From an uncultured Planctomycetota bacterium (GTDB lineage: Bacteria; Planctomycetota; Planctomycetia; Pirellulales; Lacipirellulaceae): a stretch of DNA of 64,000 nucleotides. Made by a program: the position numbers and the translations under genes. Below the pieces are notes generated by a model that saw only the letters and a list, made by a program, of their open reading frames with translations, made no database searches and was not told the DNA's origin. The DNA lies in assembly GCA_963719315.1 (NCBI GenBank), contig CAVRBU010000001.1, positions 352,001 through 416,000 on the forward strand, given 5' to 3'. This document shows positions 52,563 to 61,711 of the stretch, in pieces (positions within the stretch are counted from its first letter, which is position 1; the number at the start of each line of letters is the position of its first letter).

Positions 52563-53339
52563 ATGGCAGGCGGCGGTGGTGCATGGAAAGTGGCCTACGC
52601 GGACTTCGTGACCGCCATGATGGCCTTCTTCCTCGTGATGTGGATTACATCGCAAAACGACGACGTGAAGAAAGCCATCGGCGGCTACTTCCAAGATCCC
52701 TGGGGCACTTCCGCGGAAAGCTCCACGCCGACGATGCAGTCGCCCTCGGGCATCAACGGCGAAGCGCCATTTGGTGAAACCGCGAACGGTGTGTTGCCGA
52801 ACCGTTACCCGCAGGCAAATCTGGAGAACGCGACCGAAAAAGAACCCGGCGCCGCCTCGGTCTGGCAGCAGAAGCACAAGGTGGTCATGGTAACCAACAC
52901 CGACCGCAACCTACCGGCGTTGGTCATCACCTTCGACGAGACTTCAGCCGCCCTTACACCGGCGGCCGTGCAGCGTTTGAGCGATTTAATGCCGGCGCTG
53001 ATCGGCAAGCAAAATAAAATCGAGCTGCGCGCCCATTCGACCCGCCGCCCGCTGCCCAAAGACAGCCCCTACCACGATCATTGGCAGCTCTGCTACGACC
53101 GCAGCGCGAGTACGATGAAGTTCCTGATCGCCCACGGCGTCGAGCCCGATCGCATTCGGCTCAGTCAATCGGCAGCTTACGAACCGCTGACCATGCGTCT
53201 CGAAACTTCCTGGCAGAACGAGAACAACTGCGTGGAAGTCTTCCTGTTGACCGAAGTCGCCAGCAAATCGCCCGGCACCACTCCCGCCAGTACGCACACC
53301 GCCGAGATACCCACGACGCCGCATCGCAAATCGCCCTAG
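52563..53339 (+). CDS. motB: Flagellar stator protein MotB (OmpA-like C-terminus)
   Basis: GAWKVAYADFVTAMMAFFLVMW; immediately downstream of motA. Confidence 0.92.
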   Translation: MAGGGGAWKVAYADFVTAMMAFFLVMWITSQNDDVKKAIGGYFQDPWGTSAESSTPTMQSPSGINGEAPFGETANGVLPNRYPQANLENATEKEPGAASVWQQKHKVVMVTNTDRNLPALVITFDETSAALTPAAVQRLSDLMPALIGKQNKIELRAHSTRRPLPKDSPYHDHWQLCYDRSASTMKFLIAHGVEPDRIRLSQSAAYEPLTMRLETSWQNENNCVEVFLLTEVASKSPGTTPASTHTAEIPTTPHRKSP

Positions 53340-53469
53340 TGCTTTGTCACAGCTAAAAATTGGGGTTGGGCGCATCAGCCGCAGGGCGCTAGCCCCCGGT
53401 TTGTGCCGCTCCAACCGGGGGCTAGCGCCCCGCGGCTAATCCCAAAATCAAGCTGTGACAAAGCACTAG
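53336..53469. mobile_element. MITE-like 134-bp element with perfect 19-bp terminal IRs enclosing a REP-like palindrome pair
   Basis: CTAGTGCTTTGTCACAGCT / AGCTGTGACAAAGCACTAG; internal AGCCGCAGGGCGCTAGCCCCCGGTT / AACCGGGGGCTAGCGCCCCGCGGCT. Confidence 0.75.
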
Positions 53470-53502
53470 CCCGCGGCGCAGGCCAGGGAATCCCGCGCCG
53501 CC

Positions 53503-54351
53503 TCAAGGCCGCGCCAACAGCGAGTCGATCCGCGCGAATTTGTACCCGCGCTTCGCCAATTCGTCGCACAAAGCGCCGAGTCGCGGGTGAAACGGATCCT
53601 TCCGCCCCGACCCCAGGTGCATGAGCAGAATGAACCCGTTGAGTCCGTGCGGGTATTGTTTCTCATACGAAAGAATGCCGTCGTAGATCTTCTGCGACGA
53701 CACAAAATGGGCATCGCCCTCCGGCGCGTAATCGCGATTCGACCCGCTGCCGGGCGTGAAGGTAAACGACGTCACTCCCATCGCCCGCGACCACTCGACC
53801 TGATCGCGGTTGTAATACTCATACGGCGGAATGAAAAACGTCGGCTCTTCGCGGCGAAGGAGGCCGATCGTCCGCAAGTCGGAAATGTTTCTGGCAAGAT
53901 CGGTTTTGAACGCTTCTTGCGTCACGAGCGATTTGTCGTGCTCGTCCCACGCAGCGTAGAGCAAATGCTTATCGGAATGCGGTCCAACATAATGGCCTTC
54001 GACAATCGCACGCTCCAACAGCCGCCTGAGCGCCGGCTGCCGCACAAAGTTGCCGGTCACGAACAACGACGCGCGAATCTTCCGCCGGTTGAGAGTATCC
54101 AGGATCGGTTCGGTGCTTTCGCCGAATTCATCGCCGGTGAACACCAGGGCCAGCTTCTTCTCAGAGGTATTTCCCCGGACAATCGCTCCGTACTTGTCGC
54201 GAACCAGCCGATCGTTGGGTGGCGATTCGGCCCTCGCGGCTAGTAAGCAGAGCAACATCCCCGCGGCCACATACGCCAAATGCGACGCGGTGCCTGAAGC
54301 AGATATATGGCGACGCCCCAGAAACGAAGCCCTGTGCACGCTACCGCTCAT
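53503..54351 (-). CDS. Polysaccharide deacetylase (CE4/NodB-like) family protein
   Basis: LALVFTGD, SLFVTG, GPHSDKH, FIPPYE and ILLMH. Confidence 0.85.
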   Translation of the reverse strand: MSGSVHRASFLGRRHISASGTASHLAYVAAGMLLCLLAARAESPPNDRLVRDKYGAIVRGNTSEKKLALVFTGDEFGESTEPILDTLNRRKIRASLFVTGNFVRQPALRRLLERAIVEGHYVGPHSDKHLLYAAWDEHDKSLVTQEAFKTDLARNISDLRTIGLLRREEPTFFIPPYEYYNRDQVEWSRAMGVTSFTFTPGSGSNRDYAPEGDAHFVSSQKIYDGILSYEKQYPHGLNGFILLMHLGSGRKDPFHPRLGALCDELAKRGYKFARIDSLLARP

Positions 54352-54997
54352 AGGTGCCAATCAGCTCCGTTTCGGCCAGCACGTGTCCCTTCATCGCGTC
54401 GAGAAGTTGCTGCTTGGTGGCCGCCGGCGCCAAGTCGAGCGGCGCGTCGAGCGCATAGAGCTTAAAGTGATAGTGGTGCGTACCGCGCCCCTGCGGCGGC
54501 ATTGGACCACGATAGCCGATCGTATTTCCCTCATCGAAAAAATTCTCGCCCTGCTTGGCTACGATCGGCTCAGTTAGCTGACCGACATTCGATTTCAAAT
54601 TCTCCGGCAACGCCCGCACCTCCGGCCCGATGCCGTAGATCACCCAATGGACCCACGGATTCTTGGAACGCGCATCGGGATCGTCGCAGATCAACGCGAA
54701 TTCTCTCGTTCCCACCGGCGCGCCTTCCCAAGCGAGCGGCGGCGAAACATCGTCGCCGTCACCGGCGAATTTCCGCGGAATCGCCGCGCCCTCCTCGAAC
54801 CCCTCAGATGTGAGCTTAAACATTTTGGCACCGTCGCCTACCGCGGGTTTTGCTTCGCTGGAAGCTGTATCGCCGGGCCGCGACTTGGTCGACTGTGCGC
54901 GTTCATCGCGGCAGCCAAAAAATCCCACCAGCGCGAGGCTTAGAACGACGAATCGTGAAAATGATGTTGGGCGTCGAGTCATCGGCGTTCCAATCAT
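54341..54997 (-). CDS. YbhB/YbcL family Raf-kinase-inhibitor-like (PEBP) lipoprotein
   Basis: SPPLAW, DDPDA, WVHWV, GYRGPMPP and HHYHFKLYALD. Confidence 0.93.
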   Translation of the reverse strand: MIGTPMTRRPTSFSRFVVLSLALVGFFGCRDERAQSTKSRPGDTASSEAKPAVGDGAKMFKLTSEGFEEGAAIPRKFAGDGDDVSPPLAWEGAPVGTREFALICDDPDARSKNPWVHWVIYGIGPEVRALPENLKSNVGQLTEPIVAKQGENFFDEGNTIGYRGPMPPQGRGTHHYHFKLYALDAPLDLAPAATKQQLLDAMKGHVLAETELIGTYER

Positions 54998-57900
54998 TCT
55001 AGTGAACCTTTCCCGGCCCGTCGCGGTGTAAACCGATAATGATGGCCAGCGGCGACCACGCCGAATAGTGCCACAACCAGAAGCAACGCACTTGCTGGTT
55101 CTGGAACGGCGACATTCGCGCTAGCAGAGCCAGTGGCACCCACAACTGCCCCGCTACCGGCTGTCTGACCGAAATGGGCTCGCCAGACATCATAGTCGGC
55201 CTGCGTAACGGTGCCGGGCGTGGAGTCGTTGGGCAGCGTGACCGATTGGCCCAAGTTGTTCCGCCAGATCGCATAATCGGCCGCGTCGACAATGCCGTTG
55301 TTGTTATAATCACCAAGAACGGCGCCAGTGCCAATATCAACAATCAGAAATGTAGTGCCAAAGCGGCTACTATCGTCGAGCGTGGTCATTTCGAGAAGGA
55401 AGGATAAATCCAACGTGCCCACGACTCCAGTGGTGAAGTTTCCCAAGTTCAAAACGTGATCGTTGAAATAGGTGTTCGCGGCTGCAGCGGTCGCGAATAT
55501 CTGGTTTTCAACGACCACGCCCTCGCGTTTGATTGAAAAGTGAAGCGAAGTGAAACCGGGTCCGAAATTCGTCGGGTCCAGCAAGCCAACAATCAGGCTT
55601 CCGTGCGCAAGTTGATTGGGGTCGAAAGAGTAGTCGGCACTGACGCTGAGAGTAGTGGAAAGCGTCGGCGAACCCGAGAAGCTATTCAAGCCAGCCGCAG
55701 CCAGTGCCAATGGCGTATGGTTGCCACCCACGGGATTGTAGGCGGTATTGACATTGGGATTTAGAACGAGGTTATTTGCGATGTCGCTCGCCTGGGGCAA
55801 TGCGGTGGTGTTGATCCGGGAGTTGTAACTACCGGTGGAGCTGTTGAAGAGCCCCCCAATATCTCCCCAGGTCTGTGCGGACAGGTTGGGAAGGTTTGGA
55901 GCACTTGCGAAGAGCGATATCGCGCCGATGGGACCGCTCGAAGACGTGTCTGACTGTGCGGTAGCCGTGGCGGTGCGACCTGCGGCGCTGGACAAGGCCT
56001 CGGCACGGAATCCGCTGGTCGTAGTGGCATGCGCTGTTGCGTTGCCAATGCCAGCTAAGCCGGACGTACCGGCGCCGAAATTGTTGCCCTTGTTGCCGGC
56101 GGTGGCGAGAGCAATAGCAAGGACCGTGTTATTGCTGGTCAAATCGACGACGCTCGTGGCGTCGCCTCCGTTCGCCGGAATTGCCGCGCCGGCGGCGCTG
56201 CCGCCTGCGCCGCCGGTTGCGTTCAGATGGCCTTCGAGTGGGCCGCCGCCCGGATTGCTGGCCGTTAAGCTCAAATCGGCATTGCCGCCAGTACCAGCCA
56301 CGCCGCCCTGGCTCTGTCCGCCGGCGCCGGCGGTGGCGTTTTGGAACAGCCGCATTGTGCCGCTGGTCGAGCCGCTCACGGCATTGGTGATACTGCTGGG
56401 GGCGCCGTTGCCGCCATTTCCCGCAGTTGCCGAGAGTTGTCCGCCGCCGTTCCCCGCGGTTTGACCGGCGGTTATGTCGACCTGGCCGCCGCCGGTTGAG
56501 AACCCTGACGCAGTGGCAGTGGCCGTGCCGCCCAGCCCTGCACTTGCTCCCGGCGAGAAGAAAGCGCCCCCGTTGCCGGCGACAGCCGATACGCCGACGT
56601 TGACGGACTGATTCGTGTTGTTGCTCGCCGTGGCGGTGGCCGTGGCATTGCCGCCGTTGCCGCCATTGGCGCCGCCTCGCCCAGTACCTCCAGCCCCGCC
56701 CGTGGCGCCGGCCGTCGACTGTGTAGTGCCGCCCATGTTCGCCGCGCCGGAGGTAGCGTTGGCGTTGCCACCGGTGCCTGCCGCGCCGCCAGCGCCGTTC
56801 TTATCTCCGCCGGCGCCACCGGTGGCGTTCATCTCGACCGTGAGTGAGGCAAAACTTTTCGTTCGGCTCAGCGAAGCCGTCCCGGCACCGCCGTTGCCAG
56901 CCGTGCCCGCGAGCGATGGGCCACCGTTGCCGCCTTTTGCCGTCTGCTTAAATGTTACGTTACTCGTCGTCGAGGCATCACCATTGACGATGTCGATCAA
57001 ACTTGCGGCCGCACCGTTGCCGCCGTTGCCGGAACCGACCGAGACCGCGCCGCCGAGCCCGCCATTGGCCGTGGCTTGCAAACTCATCGTAAGGGCGCCG
57101 GGCGACGTGGCCACGCCGCGGAGAATGCCGACCGTCGCTAGTCCGCCGTCGGACGCGTTGTTGTTGGAGCCAAATGCGTTGATGTAGTTGCCGCCGCCAC
57201 CATTCGACAGCGCTGTGAGGTTGATGAAGTTGCCGCTCGACGTGGCGTCGATCGAGGCGAGCGACGTCGCGGCGTTGCCAGCTGAGAAGCCGTTGGCGTT
57301 TCCGCCTGCGTTCGCAGTTATGCTGACAGTCAATGCACTTTGACCGCTCTGATTGAACAACAGCGTGGAAATCGCGTTGCCGGCGATGCCACTGGCGCCG
57401 GACAATCCGGTGCCGGCGTTGCCGCCCGTCGCAATCTGCGTCAGTTGCAGCCCGCCGGTGGTCGAGCCGCTGATCGCGTCGATCGCGGAGGCGCTTGCAC
57501 CGTTGCCGCCGATCAGTCCCGACCCGCCGGCGCCGCCAACATTGGTCAGAGCCACGATCACGGTGCCGCCATTCATGGAAACGCCGCTGGCCGAGGCTGT
57601 GGCGGTCGTCCCATTGCCACCGTGCGTGCCGCTGCCGGATGCCGACGCCTGTCCACCGGCTCCGCCCTGTGCAGTGTCTGACACATTGATGGACCCGTTG
57701 CCGGTTAACGCGATGCTGCTGTTGGCCGTGGCGCCGTCGCCGGCGTTTACAGTCCCTGCATCCCCGCCAGTGCCGCCGACGGCGCGCACCGAACCGACTA
57801 GTGACGAGGCGATCAAGTCGGTCAAAGACAACGTGGAATTTGCCGTGCCGGGACTGCCGGGGAGGCCGTTGTAGGTGCCGCCGCCGTTTCCCCCGACACT

Positions 57901-58709
57901 CTCTTGGACGAGTCCTAGAGAGCCAGTCGTTGAACCGCTGACTGCGTTAACCAGCGAGGCCGCGACGCCATTGCCGCCGTTTCCGCCCGAATTACTGCCG
58001 GGGCCGCCCCAACCGCCATTCAGATAACCTTGCACACTGAGCGTGCCGCCCGCCGTGGACGTGCCGCTAACGGTTCCGAGTGAGGCAATTCCGCCGTCGC
58101 CGCCATTCATGCCCGTGCCCGCGGTTGAGCCGGGCCCGTTACCGCCGGCACCGCCCCCTCCGCCCTGGCCGCCGGTGGCCCGAGCAACGGCACTCGGAAA
58201 ACCACCTGCGGTGCTGTTGGTGATCGAAGCACTGGCGGTCGCATCGCCGCCGTTGGTCGACGCTCCGCCCGCGCCCGGTGAGCCATCGGGCGCGCCGCCG
58301 CCTTGGCCACCTTGCCCACCGGCTGCGCCATTCGCTTGCGCCGAGGCATTTGCAAAGGATCCTGCGGCCGTGGTGGTCGCCGCGGCCGTCGCATTTCCTG
58401 CCGCACCCGCTGCTCCGCCGTTGCCACCAGTGCCCCCTGGTAGTCCGCTACTGCCGCCAGTGCCCCCAAAGCCGCCTTTGCCCCCCGTCGCGTTTGCGCT
58501 GTTGGTGACATCGGCGGCAATGTTCGCAGTAGCGGTGGCATCAGTTCCTGGACCTCCTGGCCCACCATTCTGACCGGTGGGACCGCCGTTCATACCGAAA
58601 GTTCCCGGCGCACATCTGTTCCTACTTGTGTAACGTTCGCGGCTCGTCCTTCCGTGAGGAGTATTCCGAAGCTCAAAAACATCAGCAGCCAGAATATCTT
58701 CCGTTCCAT
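54994..58709 (-). CDS. Large Gly/Ala-rich (PGRS-like) surface protein with a dockerin-like motif and PEP-CTERM anchor; true start probably ATG 58709 with a frameshift near 58612
   Basis: GGxGGxG repeats across most of its length; GDYNNNGIVDAADYAIWR, VPEPAS + TM + basic tail; signal peptide MERKIFWLLMFLSFGILLTEGRA in the adjacent frame. Confidence 0.85.
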
Positions 58710-58826
58710 AACGACACCAATCTTTCCGATGAAAAAGTGCTGGTACGCCGGACCTTAGCTGGAGGTACAACGGGCTGGGTGAAATGTCCTCTTTCCCATT
58801 GCCGTTTGCAATGACCGAAGGGTCGC

Positions 58827-58939
58827 GGTTGTGCGCGGGTCTCCCGACCCCGCACTCTTAGGACCGAAGGTCTTTTCAGCCGCATTGCCCAGGAGATCTG
58901 GGGTCGGTTCGGTGGCTCGGTCGGGAGACCGGCCACAAC
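58827..58939. repeat. REP-like palindromic repeat, copy 2
   Basis: GGTTGTGCGCGGGTCTCCCGACCCCGCAC..GACCGAAGGTCT..GGTCGGGAGACCGGCCACAAC. Confidence 0.85.
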
Positions 58940-58978
58940 AGGGGCAGCCCGGCCACAACAGCGCTAGCCGGCGCGCAT

Positions 58979-59027
58979 AAAAAACCGACTTGATGGAGTA
59001 TGCTACGGCATCCCACCAAGTCGGTTT
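58979..59027 (-). terminator. Intrinsic terminator
   Basis: 15-bp stem AAACCGACTTGGTGG / CCATCAAGTCGGTTT running into a U6 tract on the minus strand; the G-U pair fixes the orientation. Confidence 0.75.
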
Positions 59028-59155
59028 ACTCGTTAATGAGCCGTCCGCTACGGCGGCTGCTCGTTCATTGGTCATCGCAAATCTTCGCTTCAAATCCAGT
59101 CCGCCGGTACGCGGAAGCGTCACGCGAGCGGCAACGCACGCTTTCAGCTACCGTC

Positions 59156-59183
59156 ACTATAGGACCCGGCCGGGAATACGCAA
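59156..59183 (-). promoter_or_regulatory. Putative sigma70-type promoter
   Basis: TTGCGT-N16-TATAGT on the minus strand. Confidence 0.45.
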
Positions 59184-59292
59184 TGAATTTTCGCGAGCCA
59201 AACGGCACGCGCAGGCGATTTTCTCGGAAAACGCCTATTCGCGTCTGGGGGAGACGTGGCTACATGCGGGCGTCCGGCTCGACACGGCGGAC

Positions 59293-61121
59293 CTACTCTT
59301 TCGCCGCTTCCTTGGTCCACGTATCGCGGAGCGTGGCAGTGCGGTTGAAGACGGGCTTCCCCGGTTTAGAATCGACGGGGTCGGTGAAGAAGTAGCCTAA
59401 TCGCTCGAATTGGAAGTGCTGGCCGGGGGCCGCGTTGGCGAGCGAGGGTTCCAGCTTTGCGTCGCGAACGATCGCTAGCGAATTCGGATTGATGTTATCG
59501 AGGAAGGAAGAGGGTCGAGAGTCGAGAGTCGAGAGTCGAGAGCCAGAAGGCGAGTTACCCTCTCCCCGACCCTCTCCTGGCGGGAGAGGGGGAGAAGAAG
59601 CGACTTTGTCGGGATATTCGGTTTTGAAGAGGTGGTCGTAGAGGCGGATTTCCGCGCTCACCGCCTGCGGCGCGGCGACCCAGTGGATCGTGCCTTTGAC
59701 TTTGCGGCCGTCGGGCGCGTTGCCGCCGCGGGTGGCCGGGTCGTACGTGCAGCGGAGCTCCGTGATCTTACCGGCCGCATCCTTCACGACTTCGTTGCAC
59801 GTAATAAAGTACGCATAACGCAGCCGCACTTCGCGGCCGGGCGCGAGCCGGAAGAATTTCTTCGGCGCATCTTCCATGAAATCGTCGGCTTCGATATACA
59901 GCTCGCGCCAAACGGCACCTGCCGCGTGCCCATCTCTGGTTTTTGCGGATGGTTTGCCGCTTCGAGTTGCTCGACTTGGCCCTCAGGATAGTTCGTGATC
60001 ACTACCTTCAGTGGCCGCAGCACGGCCATTACCCGCGGCGCCCGCTCGTTGAGATCCTCGCGGATCGCGTCTTCGAGCCAGGTCATCTCGATCGTGCTAT
60101 CGAACTTCGCCACGCCGATCCGTTCGCAGAACGCACGAATGGCCTCCGGCGTGTACCCCCGCCGGCGCAGGCCGCGAATCGTAAGCATTCGAGGGTCGTC
60201 CCACCCGGCCACGTGCTTTTCTTGCACAAGTTGCAGCAGCTTGCGCTTGCTCATCACGGTGTACGTGAGGTTCAGCCGCGCGAATTCGATCTGTTGCGGA
60301 TGATGAATTCGAAGTTCCTTGCAAAACCAATCGTACAGCGGCCGGTGGTTTTCAAACTCCAGCGTGCAGATCGAGTGCGTGATTCCCTCGATCGAATCGC
60401 TCTGGCCGTGCGTGTAATCGTAGGAGGGGTAGATGCACCAACGATCGCCCGAGCGATGATGCGACGCGTGCTTGATCCGGTACATCACGGGATCGCGCAG
60501 GTTGATGTTCGGCGACGCCATATCGATCTTTGCGCGAAGCGTGCGGGCGCCGTCCGGAAACTCGCCTTTCTCCATCCGCCCGAACAGATCGAGATTCTCC
60601 GCCACGCTGCGATCGCGATAGGGGCTATTCTTGCCTGGCTCGCTCAAGGTGCCGCGGTGCGCGCGGACTTCTTCCGCCGATAAATCACAAACGTACGCCT
60701 TGCCCTCGTTGATGAGCTGAATCGCCCAATCATAGAGCTGCTGGAAATAATCCGAGGCATAGAAGGGTTCAGGGTTCAGGGTTCGGGTTCGGGTTTCAGG
60801 ATTCTGGTTCCTATCAGAAACTGAACCCTGAACCCCAAACCCTTTGATGAGCCAGCGGACGTCGTCGATGATCGAATCGACGTATTCCTGTTCTTCCTTG
60901 GTCGGGTTCGTATCGTCGAATCGCAAATTGAACTTCCCGCCGTATTCCTGCGCGAGGCCGAAGTTCAAGCAAATGCTCTTGGCGTGGCCGATATGCAGAT
61001 ACCCATTCGGCTCCGGCGGAAACCGCGTATGCACGCGCCCCCCGTTCTTGCCGGCCGCCCGATCGGCGTCGATGATCTGTTCGATGAAGTTGCGGGAAGT
61101 TTTTTCAGAGGAGGTGCTCAC
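59293..61121 (-). CDS. glnS: Glutamine--tRNA ligase; apparent frameshift near 59908; two in-frame repeat-derived insertions
   Basis: [33 protein letters not shown]; second frame [22 protein letters not shown] and FQFERLGYF. Confidence 0.96.
59510..59590. repeat. In-frame composite repeat in glnS: (GAGAGTC)5-type array plus CCCTCTCC..GGGAGAGGG palindrome
   Basis: Encodes [12 protein letters not shown] and [10 protein letters not shown]. Confidence 0.9.
60763..60844. repeat. In-frame inverted 7-mer (GGGTTCA) array element in glnS
   Basis: 60763-86 pairs with 60821-44 at 21/24; encodes [27 protein letters not shown]. Confidence 0.9.
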
Positions 61122-61426
61122 AATGCTTCGACATCCCTTTCTACAATGAGAATCTCTTCCTGATCCAAATCCGCCCTCAGTTGTTCCCTTAGTTTGCGCA
61201 AGAACCGTTTTGATCCGCGAGAGTCGCTGGCGATTACGCGATAGATCACAATTTCATCGCGATACGTTACGTCGCCAAGTTTCCAAAATCCCTGATTGGC
61301 CTGAGGAAAGTAAGTCAAACCTCCAAATTGCTCAAGCAAAGCACTTTGCAATTGCTGAAACTTACGGCCTTCGATCGGCGCACCGTTGTTGTATCGCAAC
61401 GGGATAAAGATGTCATATTCTTTCAC
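61118..61426 (-). CDS. Small hypothetical protein (alpha/beta, DUF3574-like pattern)
   Basis: 102 aa; [21 protein letters not shown]...YRDE and QEEILI; stop overlaps the glnS start. Confidence 0.75.
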   Translation of the reverse strand: MKEYDIFIPLRYNNGAPIEGRKFQQLQSALLEQFGGLTYFPQANQGFWKLGDVTYRDEIVIYRVIASDSRGSKRFLRKLREQLRADLDQEEILIVERDVEAL

Positions 61427-61628
61427 CGATCGGGTTATCCTCAGCGAATGACAGGTTTAGAGTCGGCGCAACTTCTTGAAACGCTACTCCGGCATTTCGC
61501 AATTCATTGACGACCGCATCTTCTACAACATATGTGCGGTTTGCCAACACAGTTCCGGGAGAATGGCGCAGTAGAATTGGAAGCGCCTTTGCTTCGTCGT
61601 CGGAGGAAAACTGAAGAATTGCACTCAT
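61413..61628 (-). CDS. Small hypothetical protein (71 aa, start ATG 61628)
   Basis: MSAILQFSSDDEAKALPILLRHSPG...; overlaps the next gene by 14 nt; AT-rich promoter-like sequence upstream. Confidence 0.6.
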   Translation of the reverse strand: MSAILQFSSDDEAKALPILLRHSPGTVLANRTYVVEDAVVNELRNAGVAFQEVAPTLNLSFAEDNPIGERI

Positions 61629-61711
61629 GTCCGTTATCACGATAAGTTTACTGACCGCGCGAATACCTAATTTATTATAGCCCGGTCTATAATCCGCTGG
61701 TAGTTCAGGCA

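Noticed and set aside
51603..53339. motAB as a Zorya (zorAB) defence system
   Set aside because: MotA is of normal length with no long ZorA tail, and there are no zorC/D/E neighbours.
27242..61121. leuC, glnS, the RND permease and others as true pseudogenes
   Set aside because: Each has an isolated indel with both halves intact, so sequencing error is more parsimonious.
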